Shown piece by piece: positions 17,337 through 21,266 of a stretch of 21,266 nucleotides of DNA (positions are counted from its first letter, which is position 1; each line of letters opens with the position of its first letter). The notes beneath the pieces are model-generated. The model saw nothing but the letters and a program-made list of their open reading frames with translations, did no database searches and was not told the origin of the DNA. The position numbers and the translations under genes were made by a program. Source of the DNA: a virus (Duplodnaviria > Heunggongvirae > Uroviricota > Caudoviricetes); IMG/VR virus record IMGVR_UViG_2740892113_000010. One strand, 5' to 3'.

Positions 17337-17749
17337 TGATTGTACTGGTTGTGTTGTTATCGCTGGCGGTGGCGGGGCTGTTTCTGGTGAAACATAAAAA
17401 TGCCAGCCTGCGCGCCTCGCTGGACAGGGCGAACAACGTCGCCAGCGGGCAGCAGACGACTATCACCATGCTGAAAAATCAGCTTCATGTTGCCCTCACC
17501 AGAGCAGACAAAAACGAGCTGGCGCAGGTGGTACTGCGTCAGGAACTGGAGAACGCCGCGAAGCGTGAAGCACAGCGCGAGAAAACCATCACGAGGTTAC
17601 TCAATGAAAACGAAGATTTTCGCCGCTGGTACGGCGCTGACCTGCCTGATGTTGTGCGCCGGTTGCACCAGCGTCCGGCCTGCACCGACGCCAGTGATTG
17701 TCGCCAACGCCTGCCCGAAAGTGAGCCTTTGCCCGATGCCGGGCAGTGA
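17324..17749 (+). CDS. lysB: LysB (Rz-like inner-membrane spanin) (141 aa)
   Basis: 141 aa, N-terminal TM segment, start overlaps the lysA end; length and position as in P2. Confidence 0.8.
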   Translation: MSKLMIVLVVLLSLAVAGLFLVKHKNASLRASLDRANNVASGQQTTITMLKNQLHVALTRADKNELAQVVLRQELENAAKREAQREKTITRLLNENEDFRRWYGADLPDVVRRLHQRPACTDASDCRQRLPESEPLPDAGQ

Positions 17750-17894
17750 CCCGCAGACGAACGGCGATTTAAGTGCTGATATCCGGCAGCTTGAGAACGC
17801 GCTGGCACGCTGTGCCAGCCAGGTAAAAATGATTAAACACTGTCAGGACGAAAACGATGCTCAAACCCGACAGCCTGCGCAGGGCGCTGACTGA
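17604..17894 (+). CDS. lysC: LysC (Rz1-like outer-membrane lipoprotein spanin), embedded out of frame in lysB (96 aa)
   Basis: ORF in another frame inside lysB. ATG 17604 behind SD GAGG gives 96 aa beginning MKTKIFAAGTALTCLMLCAGC (lipoprotein signal with lipobox Cys). 96 aa matches P2 LysC. Confidence 0.72.
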   Translation: MKTKIFAAGTALTCLMLCAGCTSVRPAPTPVIVANACPKVSLCPMPGSDPQTNGDLSADIRQLENALARCASQVKMIKHCQDENDAQTRQPAQGAD

Positions 17895-18324
17895 CGCCGT
17901 CACGGTGCTGAAAACCAGTCCCGAGATGCTGCGGATATTCGTGGATAACGGGAGTATTGCCTCCACACTGGCGACGTCTATGTCATTCGAAAAGCGTTAC
18001 ACGCTCAATGTGATTGTGACCGACTTTACCGGTGATTTTGACCTGCTCATTGTGCCGGTGCTGGCGTGGCTGCGGGAAAATCAGCCAGACATCATGACCA
18101 CCGACGAAGGCCAGAAAAAGGGCTTCACGTTTTATGCAGACATCAACAATGACAGCAGCTTTGATATCAGCATCAGCCTGATGCTGACCGAGCGCACGCT
18201 GGTCAGTGAGGTGGAAGGCGCGCTACATGTGAAGAATATCCCGGAACCTCCGCCGCCGGAGCCGGTTACCCGCCCGATGGAGCTGTATATCAATGGCGAA
18301 CTGGTGAGCAAGTGGGATGAATGA
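17857..18324 (+). CDS. R: Tail completion protein, P2 gpR-like (155 aa)
   Basis: 155 aa; position and length as in P2. Confidence 0.85.
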   Translation: MLKPDSLRRALTDAVTVLKTSPEMLRIFVDNGSIASTLATSMSFEKRYTLNVIVTDFTGDFDLLIVPVLAWLRENQPDIMTTDEGQKKGFTFYADINNDSSFDISISLMLTERTLVSEVEGALHVKNIPEPPPPEPVTRPMELYINGELVSKWDE

Positions 18325-18769
18325 GTTTAAGCGTTTTGAAGACCGGCTGACCGGACTGACTGAATCGCTGTCACCGTCAGGGCGTCGGCGACTGAGCGCC
18401 GAACTGGCGAAACGTCTGCGTCAGAGTCAGCAGCGTCGGGTGATGGCACAGAAAGCCCCGGACGGCACACCCTACGTGCCACGCCAGCAGCAGAGCGCCA
18501 GAAAAAAGACCGGTCGTGTTAAGCGAAAAATGTTTGCGAAACTTATCACCAGTCGTTTTTTGCATATCCGCGCCAGCCCGGAACAGGCATCAATGGAGTT
18601 TTACGGCGGGAAGTCGCCGAAAATTGCCAGTGTGCATCAGTTCGGTCTGTCGGAAGAAACCCGGAAAGACGGTAAGAAAACTGATTATCCGGCGCGTCCT
18701 CTGCTCGGCTTTACCGGTGAGGATGTGCAGATGATTGAAGAGATTATCCTGGCTCACCTTGAGCGTTAG
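18317..18769 (+). CDS. S: Tail completion protein, P2 gpS-like (150 aa)
   Basis: 150 aa, overlaps the R end; position and length as in P2. Confidence 0.85.
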   Translation: MNEFKRFEDRLTGLTESLSPSGRRRLSAELAKRLRQSQQRRVMAQKAPDGTPYVPRQQQSARKKTGRVKRKMFAKLITSRFLHIRASPEQASMEFYGGKSPKIASVHQFGLSEETRKDGKKTDYPARPLLGFTGEDVQMIEEIILAHLER

Positions 18770-18798
18770 TTTTATCCAGGCAGAGGCTGATGCGCAAT

Positions 18799-18835
18799 TA
18801 AACATTGAGCGGCCGTGCTGGTCGCTCAATGTTTA
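18799..18835. repeat. Perfect inverted repeat (12-13 bp arms, 11-nt loop) between S and the antisense cargo gene
   Basis: AAACATTGAGCG (18800-18811) and CGCTCAATGTTT (18823-18834) are exact reverse complements, extendable by one bp. Lies between the stops of the convergent S and 261-aa genes. Not followed by a U-run on either strand. Confidence 0.55.
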
Positions 18836-18840
18836 GAGGT

Positions 18841-19626
18841 TTATGAGTGGTTTTTATTTGATGCTTTGTATTCTAAAACCTTCTTATTGGCGTAAAGGAA
18901 TTTTGTGTATGACAGGAATATAAATAGACCTGAAATGAAATAGATTAGGGATATTATTAATAATGTTTTTCTGTGGCTGTTATTATCTTTAATCTCCTGA
19001 CTTAACCATTCGGAGTCCTCCTCGTTTAGCTGTAAGAGCTTATTGCAGGCGATTGCAGGAAGTGTGTCTGTTACAAAAGTGTTCTGCAGTCTCTTGCAAT
19101 CGGCAATGCTAAAAGCTTTATAGAACTTATCTGTTTTATTGTCGGAGAACAAAAGAACCTTGTCATTATAAACATGGTACATCATATTTTTATATGGTAT
19201 GGCTATGGCATCCTCTACTATGGCAGATTGCTCGTTGTGTATGCAACATGCGAAGATAATATAAAGAATTCCGGCCAGGACTGCACTCATTGTTTTTGTG
19301 ATGCATGGCGGTTCTGTTATGTCTCCCCAGAAGCGAGTAAGGAAAAAATCCGATGTTTTTAGTTTTCCATCAATCAGCCCCTGCTGTATCATTCTCACAT
19401 CTTCGATGCCTGATACATTGATTCCGTTAAGTATTTTAAATAGTTGAATGTCGCGCCACTCGCGGTCCAGTCTTTTTAATTTTTTGTCTGAATATCCAAA
19501 TTTGAAATAATGTGCAATAAGCCTCATAAGGTTACTTTTACCAAAGCTAAAAAATGCTAATACTGCAAAGACCAAAAGATACAAAACGATTAGCTCCCAC
19601 ACATTAGTCACATTATAGCTGACCAT
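18841..19626 (-). CDS. Membrane protein, 261 aa, three hydrophobic segments (cargo between S and V)
   Basis: Minus-strand ORF with a strong SD (AAGGAGAG, 6-nt spacer to the ATG at 19626). Hydrophobic stretches near residues 10-28, 112-129 and 221-240. AT-rich, unlike the flanking tail genes. Confidence 0.72.
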   Translation of the reverse strand: MVSYNVTNVWELIVLYLLVFAVLAFFSFGKSNLMRLIAHYFKFGYSDKKLKRLDREWRDIQLFKILNGINVSGIEDVRMIQQGLIDGKLKTSDFFLTRFWGDITEPPCITKTMSAVLAGILYIIFACCIHNEQSAIVEDAIAIPYKNMMYHVYNDKVLLFSDNKTDKFYKAFSIADCKRLQNTFVTDTLPAIACNKLLQLNEEDSEWLSQEIKDNNSHRKTLLIISLIYFISGLFIFLSYTKFLYANKKVLEYKASNKNHS

Positions 19627-19709
19627 TACGCTCTCCTTGAATGTTGTCTGGTGGTTCTACAAATGAATCCAGATAGCATAACTTTTATATATTGTGCAAT
19701 CTCACATGC

Positions 19710-20345
19710 ATGGACACTCTCGCAAATATTCAGGAACTCGCGCGCGCACTGCGCAACATGATTCGTACCGGCATTATCGTTGAAACCGACCTTAACGCCG
19801 GTCGCTGCCGTGTGCAGACCGGCGGCATGTGCACCGACTGGCTTCAGTGGCTGACCCATCGCGCCGGACGTTCGCGCACATGGTGGGCACCTTCCGTGGG
19901 GGAACAGGTGCTGATTCTGGCCGTGGGCGGTGAACTCGACACGGCGTTCGTTCTGCCGGGGATTTATTCCGGCGATAACCCTGCGCCGTCTGCGTCGGCG
20001 GATGCCCTGCATATCCGTTTCCCTGACGGGGCGGTGATTGAGTATGAACCCGAAACCAGTGCGCTTACGGTAAGCGGAATTAAAACGGCCAGCGTGACGG
20101 CTTCTGATTCTGTTACTGCCACGGTGCCGGTGGTCATGGTGAAAGCATCAACCCGCATCACTCTGGACACGCCGGAGGTGGTCTGCACAAACAAGCTGAT
20201 CACCGGCACGCTGGAAGTGCAGAAGGGCGGGACGATGCGCGGCAACATTGAACACACCGGCGGTGAACTCTCATCAAACGGTAAGGTACTGCATACCCAT
20301 AAACACCCCGGCGACAGCGGCGGCACAACCGGGAGTCCTTTATGA
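19710..20345 (+). CDS. V: Baseplate spike / assembly protein, P2 gpV-like (211 aa)
   Basis: ORF track 19692..20345 starts at TTG; ATG 19710 (MDTLANIQELARAL...) gives 211 aa as in P2 gpV. No obvious SD immediately upstream. Confidence 0.88.
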   Translation: MDTLANIQELARALRNMIRTGIIVETDLNAGRCRVQTGGMCTDWLQWLTHRAGRSRTWWAPSVGEQVLILAVGGELDTAFVLPGIYSGDNPAPSASADALHIRFPDGAVIEYEPETSALTVSGIKTASVTASDSVTATVPVVMVKASTRITLDTPEVVCTNKLITGTLEVQKGGTMRGNIEHTGGELSSNGKVLHTHKHPGDSGGTTGSPL

Positions 20346-20689
20346 CAGCGCGTTATCTCGGAATGAATCGCAGTGATGGCCTGACTGTCACTGACCTTGA
20401 GCATATCAGCCAGAGTATCGGCGATATCCTGCGCACACCGGTCGGCTCACGGGTGATGCGTCGTGATTACGGCTCGTTGCTGGCGTCAATGATTGACCAG
20501 CCGCAGACCCCGGCGCTTGAGTTGCAGATTAAGGTCGCCTGTTACATGGCGGTGCTGAAATGGGAACCCCGCGTCACCCTGTCATCCGTCACCACTGAGC
20601 GCAGTTTTGACGGGCGAATGACGGTCACGTTAACCGGCCAGCACAACGACACCGGCCAGCCACTTTCGTTAACCATCCCTGTGAGTTGA
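20342..20689 (+). CDS. W: Baseplate wedge protein, P2 gpW-like (115 aa)
   Basis: 115 aa, ATGA overlap with the V stop; length and order as in P2. Confidence 0.9.
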   Translation: MTARYLGMNRSDGLTVTDLEHISQSIGDILRTPVGSRVMRRDYGSLLASMIDQPQTPALELQIKVACYMAVLKWEPRVTLSSVTTERSFDGRMTVTLTGQHNDTGQPLSLTIPVS

Positions 20690-20693
20690 AACC

Positions 20694-21266
20694 ATGCCGA
20701 TTATCGACCTGAACCAGCTACCCGCACCGGATGTGGTCGAGGAGCTGGACTTTGAAACCATTCTTGCCGAACGCAAGGCGACACTGATTTCCCTTTACCC
20801 GGAAGACCAGCAGGAGGCGGTCGCCCGTACCCTGACACTGGAATCTGAGCCTCTCGTCAAACTGCTGGAGGAAAATGCTTATCGTGAGCTTATCTGGCGT
20901 CAGCGTGTGAATGAGGCCGCACGGGCGGTGATGCTGGCCTGTGCCGCCGGTAATGACCTTGATGTGATTGGTGCCAATTACAACACCACGCGCCTGATTA
21001 TCACCCCGGCAGATGATTCGACCATCCCGCCGACACCGGCAGTGATGGAATCTGACACCGATTATCGTCTGCGTATTCAGCAGGCGTTTGAAGGTTTAAG
21101 CGTCGCCGGGTCGGTGGGTGCCTATCAGTATCATGGACGCAGTGCTGACGGGCGTGTCGCGGATATCTCTGTCACCAGTCCGTCTCCGGCCTGTGTCACC
21201 ATCTCTGTGCTGTTGCGTATTTTCATGAAAGGAGATCACTCAATAACTTCCATCGAGATCGGGTAA
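20694..21266 (+). CDS. J: Baseplate protein J-like, ends after 190 codons at the window edge (probably truncated)
   Basis: N-terminus MPIIDLNQLPAPDVVEELDFE... follows W as P2 gpJ does, but an in-frame TAA occupies the last three bases of the window (21264-21266). P2 gpJ is about 302 aa as I recall. Confidence 0.8.
   Translation: MPIIDLNQLPAPDVVEELDFETILAERKATLISLYPEDQQEAVARTLTLESEPLVKLLEENAYRELIWRQRVNEAARAVMLACAAGNDLDVIGANYNTTRLIITPADDSTIPPTPAVMESDTDYRLRIQQAFEGLSVAGSVGAYQYHGRSADGRVADISVTSPSPACVTISVLLRIFMKGDHSITSIEIG

Noticed and set aside
1-21266. CRISPR arrays, tRNA or rRNA genes, IS elements
   Set aside because: No spaced direct-repeat array, no tRNA-like cloverleaf candidate near int, and no recognisable IS terminal inverted repeats or transposase ORF within the window.

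Overview
The window is the left part of an integrated P2-like (Peduovirus-type) prophage. It runs from the stop codon of the integrase gene (nt 1-3, minus strand) through the immunity and replication genes (int, C, cox, B, small early ORFs, A), the cos site, and the late genes Q, P (minus strand) and O, N, M, L, X, Y, K, lysA, lysB, lysC, R, S, V, W, J (plus strand). Backbone ORF lengths match, almost one for one, the lengths I recall for phage P2; this is from memory, not a database search. Three regions are not backbone. (1) A visibly AT-rich island of about 2.4 kb between gene A and cos, the slot where P2 carries orf91/tin/old. It encodes a small DUF2158/YodC-like protein, a 226-aa protein and a convergent 313-aa protein, none with a motif I recognise. 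This is my best candidate for an undescribed accessory system, probably anti-phage. (2) An AT-rich gene for a 261-aa protein with three hydrophobic segments, antisense between tail genes S and V. (3) A PP-loop / PAPS-reductase-family gene upstream of A that is split by a frameshift in a run of seven T. Gene J ends at a stop codon on the last base of the window after only 190 codons, so the prophage may be disrupted just beyond the window. All functional calls rest on reading the sequence and recalled family knowledge; no searches were run.
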